Program-made: the position numbers and the translations under genes | DNA from: an uncultured Planctomycetales bacterium | Lineage (GTDB): Bacteria; Planctomycetota; UBA1135 | DNA length: 30,037 bases | NCBI GenBank assembly: GCA_964565175.1 | Contig: CAZMDZ010000001.1 | Location: 1-30,037 of the forward strand | Direction of reading: 5' to 3' | In this document: one piece after another, positions 18,632 to 28,096 of the stretch | How positions within the stretch are numbered: position 1 is the stretch's first letter | Layout: the number at the start of each line of letters is the position of its first letter | The notes under the pieces: generated by a model | Database searches by the model: none | Told to the model about the DNA's origin: nothing | What the model saw: only the letters and a program-made list of their open reading frames with translations

Positions 18632-19950
18632 GTAGATGGTGAATGGAATGTGGTGCTGCGCAATCAATTTACCGAGGTGACTGGTCCAGCTGGAATCTAC
18701 GGTAGTGAAGATCCGGCCAACGACCCGATTTGGAGTATCGGTTGGGATCACAAGTCTTTGATTTTGATGCTGCTCGACAAAGGCGAGTGGCACCGCTTCC
18801 GCCTACCAAAAGCTAGCCATAGTTACGACGGCGCCCACGGCTGGAACACCGAATGGCCGCGAATTCGTGACATTGGGGAAGAGGATTTGCTGATGACCAT
18901 GCACGGCATGATGTGGCGTTTCCCGCGCACATTTTCTGCGGCCAACACAGCTGGCATTACACCGCGATCGACTTACCTGAAAGTGATCGGAGATTTTTGT
19001 CGCTGGCAGAATCGGGTGGTGTTCGGCTGCGACGACACCGCACGCAGTGAGTTTCAGAATAAGCGCAAAGCCAAAGGCGAAATTGCCGCCCCGCGATCGC
19101 AATCAAATTTATGGTTTGTCGAACCAGAGCAGTTGGACCACCTGGGTCCGGTGTTTGCGCGCGGCGCGCTGTGGTTGAACGAAGAGGTTCAAGCTGGGCA
19201 AGTTTCCGACCCAATGTTGGTCCATGGTTTTGATTCGCAATCCATGCACTTGGTCACCGACAAGCCGAGCAAAATCTACATAGAAGCGGACCTAACAGGG
19301 CGCGGCGACTGGCGCGTGGTCGACATCTTGAAGGCCGACGGCTATCAATGGCACAACCTTGCCCTGAGCCCAACCGTGCAGTGGGTTCGCTTGCGCAGTA
19401 AAGAAAAGTTGGACCGGGCAACCGCATGGTTCCAGCTGCAAGAACGGCGAAGCGACCTGTTCCCCATCCTTTCTTTTTACGACAAACCAGCGCCTCCCCC
19501 CGAAGCGTTCCTGGGCATGCCATTGGTTTTGGATCGGGAAGCTGTCGGCGGGGTCATTCGTGCGCGAGGCGAAAAAGAAGGCACGCTGCATTTTGCGGCG
19601 CGAGTCGCCTTTGCCGCGAAGTTGCCACCGAGCGCGATTTATTTCACTTCGGCGGAATTTTTTATGAACTACCCGCCGAAAATGCCGGCGGCTTTTCCAA
19701 GATCAAGCCGATCAGCGCCCACCACTTGCAGATCAGTGATTTCTGTAGCTACCGAGGCATGCTCGTCATGTCGGGCGTCAGCTTGGAGCGGGCAAGCGAA
19801 GCCGATAGCTCGCACATCATTCTCAGCGACGACGGCCAAGCCGCGCTCTGGGTGGGCGCAGTCGATGACTTATGGGAGCTTGGGAAACCACGTGGCGAAA
19901 TGGGGCTCTTCCCCTTTGGGAGAGTGAAAGCAAATGTGCCATCCGAGCCT
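18632..19950 (+). pseudogene. Continuation of the uncharacterised domain: in frame after the TAG, frameshifted at ~19600, truncated at ~19950
   Basis: Reads SLAE*VDGEWNVVLRNQFTEV in one frame. Protein-like sequence switches at ~19598-19605 from the 18650 frame (..TLHFAA) to the 19426 frame (SRLCREVATERDLF..GAVDDLWELGKPRG). Confidence 0.75.
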
Positions 19951-22082
19951 GGCTTGAGCAACGGGTCGCCGGAGCCAGCAAACCGGCATGTGAGCTTGAC
20001 TTGGTATTCGCCGGTGGGGACGAGTAGGTAAGTCGAACTGCGGAAGACTTCGCCCGGCTGCAACGATGTGCCAAGGTCCAGTTCGGTACCGTTGATCTCG
20101 AGCACGATTTCCTCGGCGGCAATTTTGTCACCGCATTGGAAGATGAACTCGACCGGCTGCGGGGCAAAGGGATTGCTGACTGTGAATTCAGTGGAGGTCG
20201 GCATGCCAGGCTGTTCGCGGCGCGTGTGCTTGCCTTTGAAGGAGTGGACTTCGCTTAAGCTCCAACCTTCGTTGGTTTCGCGCAGGGTGAATTCACGCTT
20301 GATGTCTTGCAACGCTGGCAGCATTTCGGGCGGGAAGGCGTTGGCCATGCGCGCCGCTTCCCAAATGCGAATTTTCTTGAGGATGGCGTCGCCGTTGGCA
20401 TTGGCGGCGATGACGTCGGCGCCGGTGACGAAAGCAAAGCCAGCGTTGAAACCTGCGGACCGTGCCATCAACCATTCCGCGTCTTCCAGCGAAGTTTGGC
20501 CGGTCATTTTGAACCAACCAAGCATGCGCGGCATCAGGTTGCGCTCGAAGTAATGCTGGTTGAGCAGACGATAATGCGTTTGGCTTTCGCGAAAACCTGC
20601 GTACCAAGGCTCGCCCCAATTCATCCGCGTGTAGATATGCCAGAAGTAATGGCCCGGATTGCTGGCATCGTTGATGACGGCGCCGCGCAGTTCAGGTTTG
20701 AGCGCGTCCATCCACCATTGCGCCATCAATGTGCGGCCGTATTGCCCCAAGCCAGTCGACCACATGCCTTCCAAACCATCAAACGAGATCTGCCGCAAGC
20801 CGGTTTGGTTGAACAAGTCGGCCAAAGTTTCGGCGACGCGTTTGCTTAACGAATAATCGGTGAGGAAGGTGCGGTAAGCATGGTCAATCAGCTTGTGCAC
20901 CTCAGCGCCAGTTTCGTGTGCGGCAGCCGTCGTGCCGAATGCGCCGCGTTTGCAACCCGTCAGTCGATCACCATCGACCGTTTGGTATTGAATGAGTTCG
21001 TCCCCAATCCGCGCCGTGCGCAACGCTCCTTTGTTTTCAAACCAACCGCCGTCGGCGACCACCAATTCATCCGCACTGGCGCCGACCGACTCCATCAACT
21101 CGGTCGTGCCGACTACCGCCAAACCAGGATCCGGAACCGGCGTCACCAGTGGATCGTTGGTGGTAATGAAATTGCTCAAAGTGTGCAAACCCACATCGAC
21201 GCCTTCGGCCCGCGCCTTGTCCACACACGCTTTCATCCCCTTCCAACCATTGGGGAATTGCTGCGGGTTGAGTTCGAATTTACCCCAGGTGCGGAACGGT
21301 CCACCGTGATAAAGGTAGCGCAACCCGGCCTTTTTGGTCAGTGCAATGACGTCGTCGATATTGTCTTCGCTGAAACTGATAATCAAATACGCCGCCGTCG
21401 CTGAACGCGAAGTTTTGCCCCATTCGCCATCAATGATCGGATGCGGCAGTCCTTCTGCCACTTCAATTTTGCCGATGGTTTGCAGGGTTTGTTCCACCGG
21501 ACACCCAAACAACGCAATCGCCGATCCAATCAGTCCACCATCCTCTACCGCTGGCGCCACAAATCGTTTGTGCCCCCAGTTTTCAATCACCCGCGTCTTC
21601 GACCGGTCGCGCACATAAGCCTGAATGGTGCTGCCAAAATCGGTCTTCAATGCCGCGTCTCCGCGATACAACAACTTCGTCTCCTTGCCGACGTCGACGT
21701 AATCACTCTGCGCAAAAATGTTGTAGTTGGGCATCTGATCGTGATCATGCTTCGCCGCTCCGCCCATCGTTTTTGGGTTGAGCGCCTGCAAGCCGATCGC
21801 GAATTTCTCGCCGCGCACCACGCCAATCGTTTCGCCGATGGTTTTTTGAATGGTGGTCGGGTAAGGCCCCCACATCAACAACTCGGCTTCGGCGGGTCCA
21901 CTCGGACTGACGCTGACCACCTCCAACCGCAGATGACTCTTCTTCTGCTCAACCTGCAGCTCCACGTCGGCCGCTGCGAACTTCAGCGTTGCTCGGTCTT
22001 CGTGCCAAGTGACCGCAGTCGGCAACTGATACTCACCCTCTACTTTCAATCGAGCCATCGGCGCTGGCTGCCCATTCGGCAA
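19749..22082 (-). CDS. Large uncharacterised protein, putative TIM-barrel glycoside hydrolase; 5' end and probably 3' end damaged
   Basis: 777 codons rich in Trp/Gly/aromatic motifs (WGPYPT, YLYHGGPFRTWG, VGLHTLSNF, ISFDGLEG, RMNWGEPWY, PRMLGWF). TTG start with no RBS or signal peptide. The last ~65 aa look like the shadow frame of the opposite gene. Confidence 0.7.
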   Translation of the reverse strand: MPNGQPAPMARLKVEGEYQLPTAVTWHEDRATLKFAAADVELQVEQKKSHLRLEVVSVSPSGPAEAELLMWGPYPTTIQKTIGETIGVVRGEKFAIGLQALNPKTMGGAAKHDHDQMPNYNIFAQSDYVDVGKETKLLYRGDAALKTDFGSTIQAYVRDRSKTRVIENWGHKRFVAPAVEDGGLIGSAIALFGCPVEQTLQTIGKIEVAEGLPHPIIDGEWGKTSRSATAAYLIISFSEDNIDDVIALTKKAGLRYLYHGGPFRTWGKFELNPQQFPNGWKGMKACVDKARAEGVDVGLHTLSNFITTNDPLVTPVPDPGLAVVGTTELMESVGASADELVVADGGWFENKGALRTARIGDELIQYQTVDGDRLTGCKRGAFGTTAAAHETGAEVHKLIDHAYRTFLTDYSLSKRVAETLADLFNQTGLRQISFDGLEGMWSTGLGQYGRTLMAQWWMDALKPELRGAVINDASNPGHYFWHIYTRMNWGEPWYAGFRESQTHYRLLNQHYFERNLMPRMLGWFKMTGQTSLEDAEWLMARSAGFNAGFAFVTGADVIAANANGDAILKKIRIWEAARMANAFPPEMLPALQDIKREFTLRETNEGWSLSEVHSFKGKHTRREQPGMPTSTEFTVSNPFAPQPVEFIFQCGDKIAAEEIVLEINGTELDLGTSLQPGEVFRSSTYLLVPTGEYQVKLTCRFAGSGDPLLKPGSDGTFAFTLPKGKSPISPRGFPSSHKSSTAPTQSAAWPSSLRMMCELSASLARSKLTPDMTSMPR

Positions 22083-22119
22083 GTAGTTCCGTCCGTCTCG
22101 GAGGTGGAGGTTGGTGGGA

Positions 22120-22175
22120 GTCCGGGAGACCAGGTGTCCGGGGGTCCGAGCGTTCGAGCGTTCGAGCGTTCCACT
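22120..22175. repeat. Degenerate 8-bp tandem repeat, 7 units
   Basis: gtccggga/gaccaggt/gtccgggg/gtccgagc/gttcgagc/gttcgagc/gttccact read directly from the sequence. Confidence 0.75.
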
Positions 22176-22215
22176 AAGTGGCGGAAGTAGCCGCGGGCAC
22201 TCTTCCCAAAAAGCG

Positions 22216-23622
22216 CTATTCCTGCTTCTGGAAGACAGCCAATGCCTCGTTGTGAAGGGCGCGCAAAGTCTTCATCTGCTCAGGCTCGCGGCCGCGAATG
22301 TTCGTTTGCTCGCCGACGTCTTCCGCCAAGTTCACCAGGAAAAACTTATCCCGTTCATCGGCATCGGCCAATCGACTGCGGTCGGTGTCGCGCGGATTGA
22401 CGATCAATTTAAACTCGCCGCTGCGCACAGCCCATTGATCACTCACCAGCCAATGCAAAACTTCATGTGGCGTGGTGGCCGTGGCATCGTGAATCAACGG
22501 CACCAAACTTTCACCGTCCAAGTCCATGCCAGGATGCAGCGGAATGTTGGCCAACTCGGCGAGCGTCGGCAGCCAATCGGTGGCGTGGGCAATTTGGTCG
22601 CGGAGTTGGCCGCCCTCAATCCGTCCCGGCCAAGTGATGGTGGCAGGCACGCGGATTCCACCCTCAAACAAACTAAACTTCGACCCGCGGAAAGGCCCGG
22701 CGCTGCCACCGCCATAAAAGGCGCGCTGCTCGGTGGAGTGCCCATGATCCGACTGGAAAACAACGATGGTATTTTCACGCTGACCCAAACGGTCGACCTC
22801 GGCCAAAATCTGACCAAGCTGTTCATCCATCGTCGCCAACAAAGCCAAATAATCACGCCGACGCTCCTCCAATTCGGCATAAGCCTCGGTGGCAAAATGC
22901 GCGCGCCACTTTGCTTTGCCCTGTAGCGGATAGTGCGGAGTATTGAACGGCAGGTACAAGAAAAATGGCGTGCGCCCGGGTGGCGGCCGACTATCGACGG
23001 ACGCCGCCATCAATTGGTTATGCGCTTGATTGTCCTGCAAGAAGTCGATGGCTTCCCGCACCACCATGTCGCCGAAGTGGCTGCCGTCCTCAAAATACTC
23101 TTCATCCCCGCGCCACAGATCGTGACGGTTTGGACCATTCCAATAAAAGAAGTGCGACCAGTTATCGATGCAGCCTTGGCGATGACCAAAATAGCGATCG
23201 AAACCTTGCTGCAACGGACTCTGCGGCAGCGTGGTTCCTAAATGCCACTTCCCGATCAGCGCAGTTTGATAACCGGCGGCTTGGAAAACTTCGGCGATGG
23301 TGGTTTCATCGAGCGGCAAACCAGGACCGCCAGGCGAGACATTGCCCGGCACTCCGCAGCGCCATGGATAACGACCGGTCAAAAGCGCGGCGCGTGAAGG
23401 CGAGCAAATCGAAGAGGCGGCATAAAACTGAGTGAAGCGGATGCCGTCGGCGGCGAGTTGGTCGAGCGTGGGCGTGACCACATTCGGCGTGCCAGCCGCG
23501 CCGATGTCCATGGTGCCCTGGTCGTCGCTCAAAACAACAATGACATTTGGTTGTTGCCCCACGGCATCTGCGGGGAATGCCAGCAACCAAGCCGCGATTG
23601 AGATTTGCAGGAAAATCTTCAC
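22216..23622 (-). CDS. Cys-type arylsulfatase A-like sulfatase
   Basis: Signal peptide, VVLSDDQG, CSPSRAALLTG, LIGKWHLG, QSDHG, GSKFSLFEGGIRVP. Confidence 0.92.
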   Translation of the reverse strand: MKIFLQISIAAWLLAFPADAVGQQPNVIVVLSDDQGTMDIGAAGTPNVVTPTLDQLAADGIRFTQFYAASSICSPSRAALLTGRYPWRCGVPGNVSPGGPGLPLDETTIAEVFQAAGYQTALIGKWHLGTTLPQSPLQQGFDRYFGHRQGCIDNWSHFFYWNGPNRHDLWRGDEEYFEDGSHFGDMVVREAIDFLQDNQAHNQLMAASVDSRPPPGRTPFFLYLPFNTPHYPLQGKAKWRAHFATEAYAELEERRRDYLALLATMDEQLGQILAEVDRLGQRENTIVVFQSDHGHSTEQRAFYGGGSAGPFRGSKFSLFEGGIRVPATITWPGRIEGGQLRDQIAHATDWLPTLAELANIPLHPGMDLDGESLVPLIHDATATTPHEVLHWLVSDQWAVRSGEFKLIVNPRDTDRSRLADADERDKFFLVNLAEDVGEQTNIRGREPEQMKTLRALHNEALAVFQKQE

Positions 23623-23657
23623 GGCTACGATTCTAATTCATTTCCTATGATGAACCC

Positions 23658-26600
23658 ATGCCGGTGATTTCCTCCATCATTCTGTCACTCGCCATTTGCT
23701 CCCCCATGGCTCCGCAAGACCGAGCCCAGGCCCCAGACTTCGATCGCGAAGTGCGGCCGATCTTGGCGGACAAGTGCTTCGCCTGCCACGGTCCCGACAA
23801 AGATGGACGCAAAGGCAAGCTGCGGCTGGACAAACGCGATCGCATCTTGGGCATTTCCGGTGGCGACGCGGTTGTCGTGCCCGGCGACCGGGAAGACAGC
23901 GAGTTGTGGTACCGCATCACCACCGACTACAGCGACGACTTGATGCCGCCCACCGATCACGGCAAGTCGCTGACCGCCGCTGAGATTGAGATTCTTGGCA
24001 AGTGGATCGACGACGGCGCACCATGGGCGGAGCACTGGGCATTTGTTTCACCAGTGAAGCCGAAACTGCCGGAAGTCGCCAACCGCGAATGGATCCGCGA
24101 TGAGGTGGATACTTTTGTCTTGGCCAACCTCGAGAAGAATGGATTGCAGCCCAATCACCACGCAGAAAAGGGCAAATGGCTACGTCGGGCGAGTTTGGCG
24201 CTGACCGGCTTGCCGCCGACCGAGATGGAGGTGCGCGCATTCCTCGGCGACTGGTCGGCGGATGCTTACGACAAGGTGGTCGATCGGTTGTTTGCCTCGC
24301 CGGCTTACGGAGAACACATGGCGTCGGCATGGCTGGATGGTGCTCGCTACGCCGACACCAATGGCTATCAAAATGATTTTCACCGGGCGCAGTGGCCGTG
24401 GCGCGACTGGGTGGTGCAGGCTTACAACAACAACTTGCCCTTTGATCAATTCGCCACCTGGCAGTTGGCCGGGGACTTATTGCCTAACGCGAGCAATGAG
24501 CAAATTTTGGCGACCGGCTTTGGCCGCAATCATCGCACCGTAACGGAGGCGGGATCGCTGGATGAAGAGTGGCGCGTCGAGAACGTGGTCGACCGAGTGG
24601 AGACGACGGCGACGGTGTTCATGGGGTTGACGATGGGTTGCGCGCGCTGTCACGATCATCGCTACGATCCGATTTCGCAAAAGGAGTTTTATTCGTTCTA
24701 TGGGTTTTTTAATTCACAGGATGAAAAAGGTGTTTATCAAGAAACACGCGGCAACGCAGGCCCGATGGTCAGGGTGCCGTCGGCATCGGACAAAGCGCGG
24801 TTGGCAGAATTGCGCCGGGCGAAAAAAGCGGCGCGAATGAGAAATGAGGAAGCAATTGCCAAGCGCGGAGAAGCCTTTGAAAATTGGCAGGATATGTTAG
24901 AAAAGCAATCGCTTTCGAATAACGACTCATGGACCGACATACTGCGGTTTAATCAAAACGAAGACCCGCGACCCAATTTCGGCGGCGAAGTCTTTTCACC
25001 GGAGCACGATCAATCGTTCACCATTTCGGCTTGGGTCCGACCGCGTTCCGACGGCACCGTGATCGGCAAAATGGATGCGGAGGCTGCGTATCGGGGAGTG
25101 GATTTGACCTTGATCGAAAACCGCAAGATTTCGGTTCACCTCATTCATGACTGGCCGAACAATGCCATCAAAGTTGTTTCGAATGAGGCTCTGGACGATG
25201 GAGTATGGAATCACGTCGGCGCGAGTTATGACGGCAGTGGCAAAGCGTCGGGGGTGCAGTTGTTTTTGAATGGCCGGGCGATTGATGCGCGAGTGGCAGC
25301 CGACAACTTGGACGGCAGCATTCTGACGGACACACCGCTGCGCTTGGGCCAGCGTTCGACTCGCGAGCATCTTCGCGGCGACCTTCACACGGCGCGCTTT
25401 GAAATGGCAACCTCGGATGAAGCCAAAGTACGAATGCACGTCAACGCCGACGCTCATGGTTTGTGGAGACGGTTGGGTTCGAAAGTAATCTCTGCGGACA
25501 GCAACAACGATGGGGGTTCCAAGGCTTCGGCTAGCGAACTCAGTGGTCAAGACCTAAGCGAAGTTTTTGCTTCATGCTTTCATCAAGAAAGTCGTCAAGC
25601 GCGACTGGAAATGCAACGGCAGAACAAAGCTATGGCGGAGTTTGAAAAGAACATTCCGTCCGTGATGGTGATGAAAGATCGCGCCGAGCCGCGGCCGACT
25701 TACTTGCTGAATCGCGGCCTGTACGATCAACCGGTTGAAGAGGAAGAAATTCAAACCGGAGTTCCAGATGTGCTGCCAGGGTGGCAGCAGTCTTACCCGC
25801 GAAACCGCTTGGGCCTGGCCCAATGGATGGTTTCCGCGGAAAATCCACTGACCTCGCGAGTGGCAGTGAACCGCATCTGGCAACAGTTGTTTGGCACAGG
25901 CTTAGTCAAGACTTCTGAGAACTTCGGCATTCAAGGATCGCGGCCGAGTCATCCGCAACTGTTGGATTGGCTGGCGTTGGAATTTGTTGAATCCGGCTGG
26001 GATGTACAAGCTTTGCAAAGACGCTTAGTGCTGTCGGCCACTTTCCGTCAAAGTTCGTCGGCGACGGCCGAAAGCTATGCCAGTGACCCGGGCAACCTTA
26101 AACTTGCCCGTGGACCTCGTTATCGATTGAGCGCCGAACAGGTACGTGATCAAGCGTTGATGGCGAGTGGATTGTTAGTGCAGAAGTTAGGCGGTCCGCC
26201 CACGCGTCCCCATCAGCCGCCTGGTTTATGGACCGAATTGGCGGGCGGTGCTGGCCAAGGCCCTTATGTGCAAGATACCGACGATGGCTTGTGGCGGCGC
26301 AGCCTGTACACCCACCGCAAACGCTCGGTCCCCCACCCGACGCTTACCACTTTCGATGCACCCAGTTTTGAGGTGTGCTTGGTTCGACGTCCACGCACCA
26401 ATACACCACTGCAGGCGTTGGCAACCTTGAATGATCCTACTTATGTGGAGGCGGCACGGCGCCTTGGTGAACGCATGATGGATTTGGATCGCTCCAACGA
26501 ACAACGCTTGGCGTGGGCATTTTCGCTTTTGACCTGCCGCCCGCCTACGGCGAAAGAGCAGACCATTTTGAAGGATGCGCTCTATGCAGAATTGCGCTAC

Positions 26601-26681
26601 ACCCCCAAAGACCCTGCTGCCGCGTGGACTGCAGTTGCGGCAATCCTTCTTAACTTGGACGAGGTGTTGAACTGTGACTAA
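23658..26681 (+). CDS. Planctomycete cytochrome c / DUF1549 / LamG-like / PSD1 (DUF1553) protein
   Basis: [21 protein letters not shown] (CxxCH, 23775-23789), [24 protein letters not shown] (24639-24653), LamG-like [38 protein letters not shown]. Confidence 0.92.
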   Translation: MPVISSIILSLAICSPMAPQDRAQAPDFDREVRPILADKCFACHGPDKDGRKGKLRLDKRDRILGISGGDAVVVPGDREDSELWYRITTDYSDDLMPPTDHGKSLTAAEIEILGKWIDDGAPWAEHWAFVSPVKPKLPEVANREWIRDEVDTFVLANLEKNGLQPNHHAEKGKWLRRASLALTGLPPTEMEVRAFLGDWSADAYDKVVDRLFASPAYGEHMASAWLDGARYADTNGYQNDFHRAQWPWRDWVVQAYNNNLPFDQFATWQLAGDLLPNASNEQILATGFGRNHRTVTEAGSLDEEWRVENVVDRVETTATVFMGLTMGCARCHDHRYDPISQKEFYSFYGFFNSQDEKGVYQETRGNAGPMVRVPSASDKARLAELRRAKKAARMRNEEAIAKRGEAFENWQDMLEKQSLSNNDSWTDILRFNQNEDPRPNFGGEVFSPEHDQSFTISAWVRPRSDGTVIGKMDAEAAYRGVDLTLIENRKISVHLIHDWPNNAIKVVSNEALDDGVWNHVGASYDGSGKASGVQLFLNGRAIDARVAADNLDGSILTDTPLRLGQRSTREHLRGDLHTARFEMATSDEAKVRMHVNADAHGLWRRLGSKVISADSNNDGGSKASASELSGQDLSEVFASCFHQESRQARLEMQRQNKAMAEFEKNIPSVMVMKDRAEPRPTYLLNRGLYDQPVEEEEIQTGVPDVLPGWQQSYPRNRLGLAQWMVSAENPLTSRVAVNRIWQQLFGTGLVKTSENFGIQGSRPSHPQLLDWLALEFVESGWDVQALQRRLVLSATFRQSSSATAESYASDPGNLKLARGPRYRLSAEQVRDQALMASGLLVQKLGGPPTRPHQPPGLWTELAGGAGQGPYVQDTDDGLWRRSLYTHRKRSVPHPTLTTFDAPSFEVCLVRRPRTNTPLQALATLNDPTYVEAARRLGERMMDLDRSNEQRLAWAFSLLTCRPPTAKEQTILKDALYAELRYTPKDPAAAWTAVAAILLNLDEVLNCD

Positions 26682-28089
26682 ATTCGACGAAAAACTGAAG
26701 CGCGCCGGAATGCACCTCAACCGCCGCAGCTTTTTGCGCAACAGCATGGGTTTGCTGGGCGGTGCCGCACTAACCGATCTTGGCCTGGCCGCAACTCGTC
26801 CGCGCATCGGCAAAGCCAAGCGAATTATTTACCTATTCCAATCCGGCGCGCCGTCGCAATATGAAACCCTGGATTGGAAACCCAAAATCGCCGAACTGCG
26901 CGGACAAGATTTACCCGCATCGGTGCGCATGGGCCAACGCTTGACGACGATGACTTCGGGGCAAGACAAGTTTCCAATGGCCAACTCGCTGTTCGGCTTT
27001 CAGCAAAACAAAGAGTGTGGCACTTGGATCAGCGACATGTTGCCGCACACCCGCGCCATTGCCGACAAGATTTGCGTGATCAATTCGATGCACACCGACG
27101 CGATCAATCACGATCCGGCGGTGACCTTTTTCCAAACCGGATCGCAGCTTGCAGGCCGACCGAGTTTTGGCGCGTGGTTGTCGTATGGCTTGGGTTCGAT
27201 GAACCAGGACTTGCCGACTTTCATGGTGATGATTTCGCGCACGGTGTCGGCGCAACCCTTGTACGACCGACTGTGGGGACCAGGGTTCTTGCCCTCGCAA
27301 CACCAGGGTGTGAAGCTGCGCAGCGCGGCCGACCCGGTGCTTTATTTGCAGAATCCGGGCGGCGTCACCCGGGCGATGCGGCGCGAGCAGTTGGACAAAT
27401 TGAACGAGCTCAATCGCGAGCGCAATCAGGTCAGCGGCGACCCGGAAACGTTGGCGCGGATCGAGCAGTACGAGCTGGCCTTCCGCATGCAAACGGCGGT
27501 GCCTGAGCTGACCGACATCCGCGACGAGCCTGGTCACGTGCTGGAAATGTACGGTCCGAAGGTTCATGAACCCGGAAGCTATGCGCGTAACTGCTTACTA
27601 GCAAGACGGATGGCCGAGCGCGACGTGCGCTTTGTCCAGCTCTATCACATGGGTTGGGACCACCACGACAACCTGCCGTCGAAAATGCGCGCGACTTGTG
27701 GCGACACCGATCAACCCACCGCGGCGCTGATCAAAGACCTCGAACAGCGCGGCTTGCTCGACGACACGCTGGTCGTTTGGGGCGGTGAATTCGGCCGCAC
27801 CGTTTACTCGCAAGGGCAGCTGACTGCCGAAAATTACGGCCGCGATCACCACCCACGTTGTTTCAGTATGTGGATGGCTGGCGGCGGCATCAAAGGTGGG
27901 ATCAGCTATGGCAAAACCGATGACTTCGCTTACAACATCGTTGAAAACCCGGTCGACGTTCACGATCTACATGCAACTTTGCTGCATCAGCTCGGCATCG
28001 ATCACCAACGCCTGACCTACCCCTTCCAAGGCCGCGACTTCCGTCTCACCGACGTCGGCGGCAAAGTTCTGACGCCGCTGCTAGCTTGA
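26674..28089 (+). CDS. DUF1501 domain protein with Tat signal
   Basis: NRRSFLR leader, [58 protein letters not shown] start overlaps the upstream gene. Confidence 0.92.
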   Translation: MTKFDEKLKRAGMHLNRRSFLRNSMGLLGGAALTDLGLAATRPRIGKAKRIIYLFQSGAPSQYETLDWKPKIAELRGQDLPASVRMGQRLTTMTSGQDKFPMANSLFGFQQNKECGTWISDMLPHTRAIADKICVINSMHTDAINHDPAVTFFQTGSQLAGRPSFGAWLSYGLGSMNQDLPTFMVMISRTVSAQPLYDRLWGPGFLPSQHQGVKLRSAADPVLYLQNPGGVTRAMRREQLDKLNELNRERNQVSGDPETLARIEQYELAFRMQTAVPELTDIRDEPGHVLEMYGPKVHEPGSYARNCLLARRMAERDVRFVQLYHMGWDHHDNLPSKMRATCGDTDQPTAALIKDLEQRGLLDDTLVVWGGEFGRTVYSQGQLTAENYGRDHHPRCFSMWMAGGGIKGGISYGKTDDFAYNIVENPVDVHDLHATLLHQLGIDHQRLTYPFQGRDFRLTDVGGKVLTPLLA

Positions 28090-28096
28090 TAGAGAA

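Noticed and set aside
22120-22175. CRISPR array
   Set aside because: The units are 8 bp, contiguous and have no spacers; no cas genes are present.
22171-22212. Rho-independent terminator after the 22216 sulfatase
   Set aside because: Only 4-bp stems (ccac/gtgg, gcgg/ccgc), and the U-tract precedes rather than follows them on the minus strand.
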